This document shows positions 24,201 through 33,497 of a stretch of DNA of 64,000 nt, one piece after another. The notes under the pieces are model-generated. The model saw only the letters and a list, made by a program, of their open reading frames with translations. It did not search any database and had not been told where the DNA came from. The number at the start of each line of letters is the position of its first letter. Position 1 is the stretch's first letter. This stretch comes from Haliotis cracherodii (lineage: Eukaryota), in NCBI RefSeq assembly GCF_022045235.1, contig NW_027266274.1:15128001-15192000 (forward strand), written 5' to 3'. The translations under genes were made by a program, and so were the position numbers.

Positions 24201-27200
24201 TTGTGCCCTAGGTTGGTGTAGTGAGTTGACTGATAAGGTTCCAGTCTGCCATTGGAGGTGTGTGTTGGTCATTCTCGGGACTGGCACTGTGTATGCATCT
24301 TTGATCACTACATATGCTTGATTTGGGTAATCAAATAAAATGCAAGCTCAGCAGTATGCACATGTATTAAGCACTCTATTTTATGGTTACATATGAAAAT
24401 GATAAAATGAATATGTGGTTGCTCAAATTGTACATCTGAAGTCTTAGTAAGAGGAAACATGCAACATCTCTACTTGCAGATTGACAGCAGCCAGCCCATC
24501 CTGGAACAAGCAACCAAATTCTGTCAGCAAAGATCAGCCATGAACAGACCGTCATCTCAGGTTAGTTAACAGTTGATTAAGGGGATACAGTTGCTCTAGA
24601 TTCCATGGCACATTGGGGAGCTTTGATCAGTGGGTCAAACAGATTACTCACATTTGCTAGTGATGTCTCTACTTTAGTGCTAATGGGTATGTCCCAGTGA
24701 AAGAATTATCTTGAATGAAGTCTCGATTTAAAAATATTGTATATTTCAATTTGGAACTTTATAGTAATGTCACAAAGATCTGAGACAAATCCCACAACTG
24801 TGCAGAGTTGTTTCCCCTAGATGTGCCAGGATCAACAGATCTTTAGTTTGTCAGCACCATACCCTGCACATGTGTTTGCCAAGAGGGGTACAATTCACGA
24901 CCTGGGCTGATACAATGTAATATTGATGAAATACTGTTCAAAGTTGTGATAAACCCAACACACTCACTCTTTCAGTCATCGGATGCGAACAAGTCGGCAA
25001 ACCTGAGCACAGCAGGATTCCTGTCACCTCCCACAAATAAGGCCCCTTCTCAGACGTCTGACCACAGCTCACCCGGGGATCCAGCCTTCCTCTCCCCAAA
25101 ACATACAGGACCTTTCTCACCTTCACCTAAGAAGAACATTCAGTCTCCATTCTCATCACCCACTGGTCCATCTAAGCTGCCCATCCAATCAGATTTAAGC
25201 AAAATTCAAACCAGCCAATCAGATGGCAGCAAGGTATCTACAAGCCAATCAGATGCCAGTTCGACTGGAACCACTAGCCAATCAGAAGGAGATGATGCAC
25301 TGGTGTTTCCGTCGCCAGGGAAACTGACTTCAGCGGTACAGGTACACCTTCCGCATGGTCACTATTAGTGATGGTGTATATATCTCTGTGTGGAGGCATG
25401 GTGCATATTTCTGTACTGATTTTGTCCACAGCTTAGCAAGCAAGTTGTTGCACTTTCTGATGACAAATAAATATTTTTGGAAGGCGCTTTTTGTGCAGAG
25501 CATTGTTGTTTTTGTTTATTTTCATCTCTGTTCATTCGTTACGCATTTGAATGCTGACTGACTACCATGTACATGCAGTAGATTTATTTGACAATTCGTA
25601 GCTCGTTATTTAAAAATCTTTTACATGTGCTGCTAACTGTAATGTATTTAACATGGCTGCTTTATGAGGCATGTGCATTGAGTTAGTGTGTCACTCTACA
25701 CAACAGATGACAATGATGCTGAGCATTCCTGTTATGTCCCAAGGATGGCTTACCTGCAAAATTGTTTGTAGTTATTACGTTTTCTCTCATACACAATATC
25801 AAAATTAGGTTAGCTCATAAGTGAGGTAGCCAAAAGTCTGCCACCTTTTCTCTGCCACAAAACTTTTCAGATTGCCTTAGTTTCAATGTCATAATATGAA
25901 GTAAACATGATATGTGCTTCCATCTACAAACAAGAGGAAAGAAACACAGGGCCCTTGTGGTATGCCAAAGGTCTTGGTTCACATGGAAATAATGTTTGAA
26001 GCCCATTCCTGGTGTCGCTCAGTGAGATTTTGGTGATATATTGCTAAAAACCTCGTAAAACCATACTCATTCACCCACTCTTTTTCATCAAGCTCCTGTG
26101 TACACATGACTTGGTAATGTGTGTTCCTATGCTTTTTGACTGTGCTTACTATTGATTGTTAGCAAGTATGCAACAGGGATGTATTTGATAAACAATATCT
26201 TAAAAAAAAATAAATGTCAGGTTCATTCATGCACAAAATACAAGACGATCTTGTGATAGTTTCATGTATGCAGTTGAATTAGTATAGTAGTAGTTATAGG
26301 AGGCGAATAGATTGGGTGATCAGGCTCGATCACTTGCTTGATTGTGTGTCCTCATACCCCAATTTCAATCACAGGATGTCTCGTAAAGACTTGATTATTT
26401 GCACACCGCAATCTTATAGCTGGAATATTGCTGATTACGGAGTATATTAATTTTGTGTGTGCGTGCAGGTAACAGTAGACATGGTAGAAGGAATAAACAG
26501 ATATCGACTCTTACTCATTAACTACAATATGTATTTGTTCTGGTTGTGTCTGAGATTAGACAAGGTCATCTGAAGTAAAATGCTCAGTGTAGTAGTTGGA
26601 ACATTTGATCCCAGATGCTTGATATGTGAGGTTCCATCTTAACGTTCTTTATCAACTACATCCCTGTTCTGTGTATCTGTAGTTCACTTGTTACTTAGCA
26701 CCAAACCAATGATCTCAAAACATATTTGCAAAACAAAATTGAAATTGAAGTCCAGTTTTCAGAATATTATTTTTCATATTGAAAAAGATGTGAATGAATA
26801 CTGAGGAATAAATGAAAAACTCTCGAAGTTACAGGAAATCTATTGATTTGGTGTCTCTTGTTGAAGAAGTCGCAAATGTATGGAAGAAAATCATGATTAA
26901 ATCCTTCCAAACGGTATGCTGTGTTGTCTCCTCTCTCTATGTCATCTGGCAGAACTGTGTTGTGTAAGATGAAGAAGAAATGAGTCGCTGGGATGACAGG
27001 ATTTACCGAGGCCACTGCACAAAATGTCCATGGTGCTACACTTTTTATGCTTATAATTGGAGTTATGTAAGCTTTTGTATTTTGGATGTGAGCTTGTTTT
27101 AGAATGTATTATCGCACCATTGCATCTCAAAACATAGATTGAATTGACTGGATGAAATTACTACTTTATGTATAGTTGCTCAGTGTGATTCCCCTTCCTT

Positions 27201-29659
27201 CAGATCAGTTCGGGGCGGTCGGGTAGCCTATTGGTTAAAGCTTTCGCTCGTCACGCCGAAGACCCGGGTTCGATTCCCGACATGGGTACAATGTGTGAAG
27301 CCCATTTCTGGTGTCCCCCGCCGTGATATTGCTGGAATAGTGCTAAAAGCGGCGTAAAACCATACTCACTCACTCAGATCAGTTCACACTGGTTGTGTGG
27401 ATACATGTTGATCATGGGACATTATGCTGATGCCTCAATATAACTGAGAGACTGGTGAATTGAGGTGCCAGAAGCCAGATTACCTACATGTGACACAATT
27501 TTGGAAGTTAGTGATGGTTAGATTGAGATTGTAGGGTTGTAGACGTTTAGACAATACTTGATATACTTTTATATATTTGGTACCTACACTAAGTGTAGTA
27601 CATCTGTTGTGTTGTAAATGATAATACACATGGCAAAAGAAAGGGATTGTGCAGCAATGTACCAGAAGATAGTGATGTGTTGTGATGATCTGATTGCATC
27701 ACAATAACGACAGACTAGAGAGTGTAGTATACGAGGTGCTGCTACATTGTAAACAGACATATTGTTACAATTGTCAATCTGTTTCCCCTAGTTCTTCATC
27801 AGTTTAAAGTGCTATTTCATTGTATACATGATGAACCAGCATGACTGTTACTTGTCAACACAGTTATGTTTTAAAATATGTATTCAAATTCTTGACTTCA
27901 GTCCAAGCTGTTGGCCGTGGAGACCTGCCTTCCTCCACTCGGCATGTTCAGCGGAGGTTGTGTTGATCCCTACAGGTATCCCTATCCTCCGAGTCCATCG
28001 CCTATGATGCAGGACATCATCCATCCGCTGTTCCACCGACCCTACAACATACCCTCATTCCTACATACAGCTGGACCTCTAGTAAACCAGGACACTTCTC
28101 TTGATCATAACCCAGGTTTCCACTATAACATATCTGATCAAGGACGTGCTAATCGAGAGCCAGTGAACTTGACTAGACCAAGGAAACCAGTACCCTCAGC
28201 CACTTCAAAGCCACCAATAGCATCGTCTATGAATTTGAAAACTATTGCTGATGGTATGAAAATGAAACTGAAAACGGCACTTTTAGCAAGCCCTCGACTG
28301 TTTAATCCTAAGTCTGCAACTGTAACAGGTGTAAAGCAATTAAATCTAAATGTTACTCCTGACAAAGTTGATACAGCTACTGAAAAGGACATTTACCCAA
28401 AGACTTTGGAGACCCCAAGAGGCATCCAGAGAACGTCCAGTGATTCAAGCATGTTCTTGAGCAATACATGCATAAAGAGTTTGCTATTCGGAGAATCAGA
28501 GGAAATTCAAAATCCGTTAATTCCATCAGTGTTCGATGAGGATGTCCAGAAACCTGTGAAAAGTGTCTCATGTGAACAACCAGTTAAGAAAAAGCAGAAA
28601 CTGGTTTCCCTTTTGAACCAAAAACTTCATGACACAGACACTGACGTTAGCAAACAGATTTTGAAAATAGAACCAGTGTCAACAGAAAGGAATGTTTTTA
28701 CAGATGCCACATCATCGAAAGATTCTGACATTGGAGGAAAAGCGGGGTTCTTTCAGAAGAGTCACACGATGACCACTGAGTTGTCATCTGCCAGCACAGC
28801 CTTGATTTCTCAATACAAACAAAAAGAACCAACAGGTGAAGACGATATGTATGTCCACATGTTGAAAGAAGCACCAGTTAAAACAACAGGCGATGAATCG
28901 CCCAAACCACACGTGGCATCGCCAAATTCTGAGCAAAAAAATACGTCGGACAATGTGGCACAGGTCAGTCACTTATCCACGGTGCCGCAGTTTGAAGCTG
29001 TTGATTTAGAGACCATGATTCCAACTCTGCAAATACGTGCGCCACGATCTGACAACAACCAAATTGCAGAGGGAAAGAAATTATCCCAAGTAGGAAACGC
29101 ACCTTTTGTAACACAAGAAGGTGATGCAACTGAGAGTCGGGTTTATGACTCAAAGGTCAGTGAACGAGTCTCCTTGACCAGAAGTCTAAGTTTTGAGGGC
29201 GTCGCTTACCGAGGTGAATCTGCTCGTCCAGTTGTTGATACAGTTTGGTGCAGAGATGTAGAAACAGTTGATCCAACTTCTCAACCGGGAACTAATGCAG
29301 ACAGAAGCTATTATTGCAAAGTTTCTTCAGCTGGTGGTGAGGTGCCAACAGAGGCTGATGAGATTCCATGTGGAAGAGATAAGTGTAGTTCTGAAGATGA
29401 TGGAAATGAAGGTCTCGAAAGTCAAACTACACAAGGAAACATGGGTGACAATCAAATCAGGGGCCATAGTGTATCCACTGGCCATTGTGGTATAGCTTCA
29501 GATCTCTCATTTGGTGATTCAAGCATCCCAATGGAAGACATCGTTCCATCTGTAACGTCTGGACAACTGTCGTTTGGAGCATACGACCCTAACTTGTACG
29601 AGTTTCTGTCTGATGATGACACTGACGAACATGCTCTGACAATCGACATGGACGGATAG
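140..29659 (+). CDS. CABIN1: Calcineurin-binding protein cabin-1 (HIRA/HUCA histone chaperone subunit, TPR-like); 3' 22 coding exons, 5' part lies upstream of the window
   Basis: GT-AG exons with consistent phases: 140-279, 1110-1196, 6291-6412, 6679-6852, 7937-8050, 9002-9194, 9799-9900, 11369-11423, 12934-13006, 13351-13413, 14582-14693, 15384-15545, 16122-16331, 16525-16617, 18616-18755, 19019-20357, 21673-21783, 23421-23584, 23948-24185, 24480-24560, 24976-25335/25341, 27902-29659. Translation is collinear with vertebrate CABIN1 motifs as recalled (QSLEE..LYEAG, SSLMLLN.AHEYLGR.SWC..DGALL, ALEQC..CLY, YYLL.DY.FKNKE..KAIKFYM.D, CFRRA.EID, EEEWL.HYM.GK, GIW.IP..EIDR.GSFA). Confidence 0.95.
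250..711 (+). repeat. 45-bp tandem array of exon end plus splice donor, about 10 copies
   Basis: Unit ACCTTCTCTCAACCCCACACAGCCAACAAG|GTGAGCTATGTCGCC. Confidence 0.95.
825..1099 (+). mobile_element. SINE-like repeat family B with (AAAC)n tail and 14-bp target-site duplication
   Basis: TSD TCTGTTGCAGATAT at 811-824 and 1100-1113; related copies near 8615-8865, 10240-10515, 16837-17030, 17235-17485 and 32270-32530 (minus strand). Confidence 0.85.
1110..1196 (+). CDS. CABIN1: CABIN1 exon ([29 protein letters not shown])
   Basis: TTGCAG| ... AAG|GTTGGT, phase 0-0; resembles PERPAQLLLLQDSLLRLKDY. Confidence 0.9.
1400..6275 (+). repeat. 27-bp satellite (ATGTGTAGGGGACTTTATATAGGGACC)n, degenerate 5' end, interrupted at 5025-5894
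   Basis: Well over 100 near-identical units; source of the CRGLYIGTM and YKVPYTW ORFs. Confidence 0.97.
5025..5894. mobile_element. Non-autonomous hairpin element inserted without a TSD (Crypton/Helentron-like)
   Basis: About 145-bp terminal inverted-repeat hairpin 5026-5171; satellite unit split cleanly between TTTAT and ATAGG. Confidence 0.7.
6291..6412 (+). CDS. CABIN1: CABIN1 exon ([15 protein letters not shown]...FDHIN)
   Basis: TTCCAG| ... AA|GTGAGA, phase 0-2. Confidence 0.9.
6679..6852 (+). CDS. CABIN1: CABIN1 exon (VLDMDES...[10 protein letters not shown])
   Basis: CACAG| ... AG|GTATGA, phase 2-2. Confidence 0.9.
7490..7760 (+). repeat. About 28-30-bp minisatellite (TATAATTATACATGTACAGTTTGTG)n
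   Basis: About 9 degenerate copies. Confidence 0.85.
7937..8050 (+). CDS. CABIN1: CABIN1 exon (EEAKL...[14 protein letters not shown])
   Basis: CTGCAG| ... AG|GTAAGT, phase 2-2. Confidence 0.92.
8160..8325 (+). mobile_element. tRNA-derived SINE family A with (ACTC)n tail
   Basis: A-box GTAGCCTACTGG and B-box GGTTCGATTCC; copies at 27212-27374, 33899-34040 (-), 40196-40345 (-), 47858-48028 and 63254-63413 (-). Confidence 0.88.
9002..9194 (+). CDS. CABIN1: CABIN1 exon ([12 protein letters not shown]...LQDHNAPP)
   Basis: CTTCAG| ... CCG|GTCAGT, phase 2-0. Confidence 0.92.
9799..9900 (+). CDS. CABIN1: CABIN1 exon (IPFVWE...YKANTVSAE)
   Basis: TTTCAG| ... GAG|GTAATC, phase 0-0. Confidence 0.92.
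11369..11423 (+). CDS. CABIN1: CABIN1 exon ([18 protein letters not shown])
   Basis: TTTCAG| ... G|GTGAGA, phase 0-1. Confidence 0.88.
12934..13006 (+). CDS. CABIN1: CABIN1 exon ([23 protein letters not shown])
   Basis: ATACAG| ... AG|GTGAGT, phase 1-2. Confidence 0.88.
13351..13413 (+). CDS. CABIN1: CABIN1 exon ([20 protein letters not shown])
   Basis: TTCCAG| ... CC|GTAAGT, phase 2-2. Confidence 0.92.
13548..14608 (+). repeat. 48-bp tandem array of splice acceptor plus exon start, 22 units
   Basis: Unit GACATGTCACCATCTTGTTTCAG|GAAGGCTATCAAGTTCTACATGTAT. Confidence 0.97.
14582..14693 (+). CDS. CABIN1: CABIN1 exon ([37 protein letters not shown])
   Basis: Starts at the last TTTCAG| of the 48-bp array; TCG|GTAAGA donor, phase 2-0. 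Confidence 0.9.
15384..15545 (+). CDS. CABIN1: CABIN1 exon (MELRMD...HASRQLKM)
   Basis: TTTCAG| ... ATG|GTAGGT, phase 0-0. Confidence 0.92.
15710..16141 (+). repeat. 70-bp tandem array of splice acceptor plus exon start, 6 units
   Basis: CCCCACAG ends at 15770, 15840, 15910, 15980, 16050, 16121. Confidence 0.96.
16122..16331 (+). CDS. CABIN1: CABIN1 exon (RDWFPLYE...YLEHYRQ)
   Basis: Starts at the last CCACAG| of the 70-bp array; CAG|GTGAGT donor. Confidence 0.9.
16525..16617 (+). CDS. CABIN1: CABIN1 exon ([18 protein letters not shown]...LALEALE)
   Basis: TTCCAG| ... GAG|GTAACA, phase 0-0. Confidence 0.92.
17550..18625 (+). repeat. 45-bp tandem array of splice acceptor plus exon start; about 15 clean units plus degenerate 5' units
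   Basis: Unit AGAGCATACGTAATGTCAAGATGATGTTTCAG|GTGTTCTACCTAT; AG every 45 bp from 17985 to 18615. Confidence 0.96.
18616..18755 (+). CDS. CABIN1: CABIN1 exon ([11 protein letters not shown]...[15 protein letters not shown])
   Basis: Starts at the last TTTCAG| of the 45-bp array; AG|GTGAGC donor. Confidence 0.9.
19019..20357 (+). CDS. CABIN1: CABIN1 large exon: acidic low-complexity region, then [20 protein letters not shown]
   Basis: ATGCAG| ... AAG|GTAAGA; contains the 489-aa ORF of the track. Confidence 0.9.
19512..19670 (+). repeat. Coding 21-bp tandem repeat (KVMPVDD / KVISGDD / KVTSGDD, 7 units)
   Basis: In frame within the large CABIN1 exon. Confidence 0.9.
21673..21783 (+). CDS. CABIN1: CABIN1 exon ([11 protein letters not shown]...[13 protein letters not shown])
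   Basis: TTCCAG| ... CAG|GTACAG. Confidence 0.9.
22085..23305 (+). repeat. Minisatellite containing telomeric (CCCTAA)2-4 blocks
   Basis: Unit about CCCTAACCCTAACCCTGCATACATGATTTTTTATACTTCT(A/G)G. Confidence 0.93.
23421..23584 (+). CDS. CABIN1: CABIN1 exon ([19 protein letters not shown]...LDTG)
   Basis: CTCTAG| ... AA|GTGAGT, phase 0-2. Confidence 0.92.
23948..24185 (+). CDS. CABIN1: CABIN1 exon (KYLRDQER...VQKDY)
   Basis: TTTTAG| ... TAT|GTGAGT, phase 2-0. Confidence 0.9.
24480..24560 (+). CDS. CABIN1: CABIN1 exon ([27 protein letters not shown])
   Basis: TTGCAG| ... CAG|GTTAGT. Confidence 0.85.
24976..25341 (+). CDS. CABIN1: CABIN1 Ser/Pro-rich exon; donor after 25335 or 25341, or read-through to TAG 25366-25368
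   Basis: TTTCAG| in phase 0 with the open frame of the 140-aa ORF. Confidence 0.75.
27212..27374 (+). mobile_element. SINE family A, full length
   Basis: TSD CAGATCAGTTC on both sides. Confidence 0.9.
27902..29659 (+). CDS. CABIN1: Probable terminal CABIN1 exon (about 585 aa, low complexity)
   Basis: CTTCAG| acceptor at 27900-27901 in phase 0 with the 582-aa ORF; stop TAG at 29657-29659; AATAAA at 29909. Link to CABIN1 rests on phase and position, not on recognised homology. Confidence 0.7.
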   Translation, partial: SKLLAVETCLPPLGMFSGGCVDPYRYPYPPSPSPMMQDIIHPLFHRPYNIPSFLHTAGPLVNQDTSLDHNPGFHYNISDQGRANREPVNLTRPRKPVPSATSKPPIASSMNLKTIADGMKMKLKTALLASPRLFNPKSATVTGVKQLNLNVTPDKVDTATEKDIYPKTLETPRGIQRTSSDSSMFLSNTCIKSLLFGESEEIQNPLIPSVFDEDVQKPVKSVSCEQPVKKKQKLVSLLNQKLHDTDTDVSKQILKIEPVSTERNVFTDATSSKDSDIGGKAGFFQKSHTMTTELSSASTALISQYKQKEPTGEDDMYVHMLKEAPVKTTGDESPKPHVASPNSEQKNTSDNVAQVSHLSTVPQFEAVDLETMIPTLQIRAPRSDNNQIAEGKKLSQVGNAPFVTQEGDATESRVYDSKVSERVSLTRSLSFEGVAYRGESARPVVDTVWCRDVETVDPTSQPGTNADRSYYCKVSSAGGEVPTEADEIPCGRDKCSSEDDGNEGLESQTTQGNMGDNQIRGHSVSTGHCGIASDLSFGDSSIPMEDIVPSVTSGQLSFGAYDPNLYEFLSDDDTDEHALTIDMDG

Positions 29660-30701
29660 AGGCACACAATCATGATTGCCAGTATTGCACAGGGCTGAAT
29701 TTGGGTTTGGGCCTGCTTGCTTTTAGAGGCTGTTCTTGAAAGGAATATAAAGGCAGTCTTGATGCAAGTTCCGTTGGTGCACAGTAGCTGGCATACTCGC
29801 GATCTCAGAAGAATTGCGCTTCTAACTCTGTCTTGGTACCTGAAACAAATACCATTTCTTCTGGGTGGTGTATTACAAGAATATGTCAGCAAGATGTTAG
29901 CCTTCAGTAATAAAATTAGCGTAAACCATATAATATGTGAAACTGTTCTCGACAAGGACTATTGATGTCCTGCATGAAACAATGTCAAAATATTTGAATC
30001 AACTTCCCAAACAGGTTCCTGTCTTTACCCCATGAAGAATTTGTATATGGGTCAATGTCCTGTGTATCACCATAATTGATAATATGGATGTTTTTTAATA
30101 TAAATATTAATATAAATAATACAAATATAAATAGTGGCATAAAAACAGTGTTAAACGGAGGTCAATTATCACCTGCGTATTTCGGAGGGAAGAGTCATGT
30201 TTTATTTTGTTTTCAATGGAGACCTGCTGATGTTTCTCATCAGACAAGGAATCGTCTTTAGTACAGGTGTATTTTTGATGAATTATTTCTTACACTGTGT
30301 CTATTTTAATCATGAACTTTATAAAGGAATGTTGTGAGATATTTTAGACACATAATACGTATTTTCACCTATGATGCCACAGAATTGTTTCAACTCATAT
30401 TTCTTGTTGCATCCACATTCACGACAAGAAACGAAAAGGAAACTTACAAATAGGATCTTATTGATGTTATAATACGTTACACGAAAAGTATATAACAGGT
30501 AAACTATTAAGGTAAACCTTTAAGCAAACCATTTCCATAAGGTTGAGTTTATACACGGGTATGTGTAGTTAATGTTACTGGTAGAAATTCATTCATATCA
30601 TTCGTACATGATATTCGAATATCTCCAACAAAAATAGTGAAATAAGTAAAAGTAAAAGCAAAACTAACAACATACATATATACTTTATAACTTATTGGAT
30701 T

Positions 30702-31009
30702 GTGAACAATTTTCTTGTCTTTGCATGTTTTTGTGATGGTGACACCGGTGGGGCAGGATATTTTTTCACACCTGGTATCATTTGGTCGTGATTCATAATA
30801 ATAATAAAAGCGGCAAAACCTATTCCACAGCCGCAGGAAATCTCTGCTAGTCGATTGTACATGTGTACGATTTCGACTGTATAATGAGGATGTGTTTATG
30901 AATCACTATCAATTAGTGTTGATGCCAGGTGCTCGCGAAATGGTGGGCGTATCCTGCAGCGCCGATGGCATCCGTCACAAACACATGCAGGGTGAAGTCA
31001 ATTGTTCAC
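30702..31009. mobile_element. MITE-like element with imperfect inverted repeats of about 58 bp
   Basis: GTGAACAATT...GCAGGATA versus TATCCTGC...AATTGTTCAC. Confidence 0.55.
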
Positions 31010-33094
31010 CCGGAAAAAACAACAACACGGAAACAAGTCAAAAAAAGGAATTGCATCGGACTTTATAAACAGGTGATTATGGTTTAGTCGTTATCGCACA
31101 GTGGACACTTATGGTTATGAAAATATTTTGTGCATGTATTTATTAGATTCAGTTTTGTAAAGACGTATATACTTATTATAAAATATACGTACAAGTCGTT
31201 GTACGTACATGTACAGTGTGTTTTATTAAATGTCCTTCGCCTGTAAAGACATGCTTGTGTTCATGACATGTAAACGCCTGTATTGGTGCTTGTTATCATA
31301 CCAACCTATGTGCAATCTATCGTGTAAAAAGTGCATCCCTGTTCGATGGTTGTAGGCAATAGGTATCATTTTACACAACTGCTCTATGGTGATAAATAAT
31401 ACCGAAAATAATATACATAAAAGGACACGAAAGTCGCCATCTGATTGTGGAAATGTCACATTTGACACTATTGTGCGAAGAAAACCTATTTATTGCCATT
31501 AGAAATGGAAGATCTGTGAACACATTTCGTTTGTTAAATTATATGGCCAGGAAGTATAGAAAATCGGTAAAATGAGGGTGAAGTGCACCCAATACTAAAG
31601 TTGCAAGTCTGCTCGGGGAGACGATCAGTACGGCGTGTGTCGTCTCACCAAGTGCCCTTTACTCGCCAACAGAAGGCTTGGTGAAGAAGTGGCCATTCCC
31701 TGATCAGTGCTGCTCTCGCCCCCGCACGTTCTGTTAGCCTAGTAGAATGTGTTCAGTGTCAAAGTTCATTTCAGATATTTAAAACTTTTGTTGATTTAAC
31801 ACAGGTGTCGTGAGAAGTTCTCCAAAACGATTCGGGAAATTCCGGACAATCTGATGTAAAACTCATATATTTGAAAATTCACTCACTAACTAGAAAACTT
31901 TCAAAATACAAACAAGACAGTTCTATACATTTATTTACCATAGTTACGTTTAAGCTTAACTATATTTAATTACACAATGACGAGCTGGCTGTCGTTGACC
32001 TCTCTTCGAACTGATTGAGGTTGACGACTCCTTCACGAGTTTTTTGTGACAAGACAAATATGTTTTTTTAATTCTACTTTTTGTCAGTATTTACACTAGA
32101 TTACCATTCTATTTCATCTGTTAGGAAGACAAAACATTAAGCAAATATTGCATACCGCATTTTACTTATACAAATACATTCAAACATACCTGTTACTTTG
32201 CATATCATTTGTTCATCAGCGTGAGCTTGATAAAGAGTTGTGTACTCGGGTATTTCTCGTGCAAAGTTGGTTGTTTGGTTTGTAGTTAAACGCCGCACTC
32301 AGCAATATTCCAGCTATATGACGGCGGTCTGTAAATAATCGAGTCTCGACCAGACAATCCAGTGATTAATATCATGAGCATCGATCAACGCAATTGGGAG
32401 CGATGACATGCATCAACCAAGTCAGCGAGCCTGACAACCCGATTCCGTTTGTCGCCGACAAGCGTAGTCACTTTTTTACGGTAAGCATGGGTTGCTGAAG
32501 ACTTATTCTACCCTGGAATTTTCACGGGTTTGTGCAAAGTAGAAATACTCCGTGTTTTTCGCGTTGGAACTGAGGAAAGAATATTTGAAAAGTGCATCCT
32601 CAACCACCACCCTCAGTTATTTTCCGAATCTAGGATATTTGAATTTGCGTAACCTGTTACTATGACTGGCTACCCTTTTCTGTAGATTAAACATATTTCG
32701 TTCTTCAACGTGAAGTTTATGTCAACTATTGAACATGGCGACTTTCTTTTGCCTTTCATTATATTATAACATTGATTACAAAATTCTAAAGTGTGTTCAC
32801 ACATAATGTTTATAGTATACGTCTATCATTTTGTATGAATTTATAGTTAATGAAATTTTATTATTTACTTTTTGAAATGTTTTGTTTCTTGAGTGCACCC
32901 AGTGCTGATCATGTTTAGGTAGATTGCAATTACATGACTAGCTTATATATGCAGGCAACTACAATGTGAAATATACATGTACTTGCTTATGTGTGTTATC
33001 AACATATCCTCCGTTTGTAAATGTTGTCCATCAGTAGTGTTTGCCTGTATTTGCCTAAACACAATAAAAAACGACACATTTTGTTATACTGTGT

Positions 33095-33497
33095 AGGTCT
33101 GCCCGAAGAGCGAAAGGTCGCGGATTCGATCTCCGGCCGCGTTATACAAAAAGACTATAAAAGATGGTACTTGCTGTTACCTTGCCTGGAGCTCCGCATT
33201 AAGGGGCTAAAACAAGGACTGTTAAGCTCGGAGTCGGTATACTGTGTCTGAGTGGGTTGTTCATGTTAAACTGTGGCATTGTTTATTCGTGGGCTAGCAC
33301 TATAAACTCGGAATTAGTTCGGACTAGTACAACACAAAACAACACAACACAACACAACACAACACAACACAACACAACACAATACAACACAACACAACAC
33401 AGCACAGCACAGCACAGCACAGCACACAAATGTATGCCCGTCGCTATATATGTGCAATAATTTTGAACGCGACGTTAAACTCCATTTCACCCCACCT
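33095..33497 (+). mobile_element. SINE family C copy with expanded (ACACA)n/(GCACA)n tract
   Basis: Similar to 37736-38090. Confidence 0.75.

Noticed and set aside
27212-27285. tRNA gene candidates (also near 8160, 37736, 47858)
   Set aside because: The tRNA-like heads continue into a shared body and simple-repeat tail, several with TSDs, so they are SINEs
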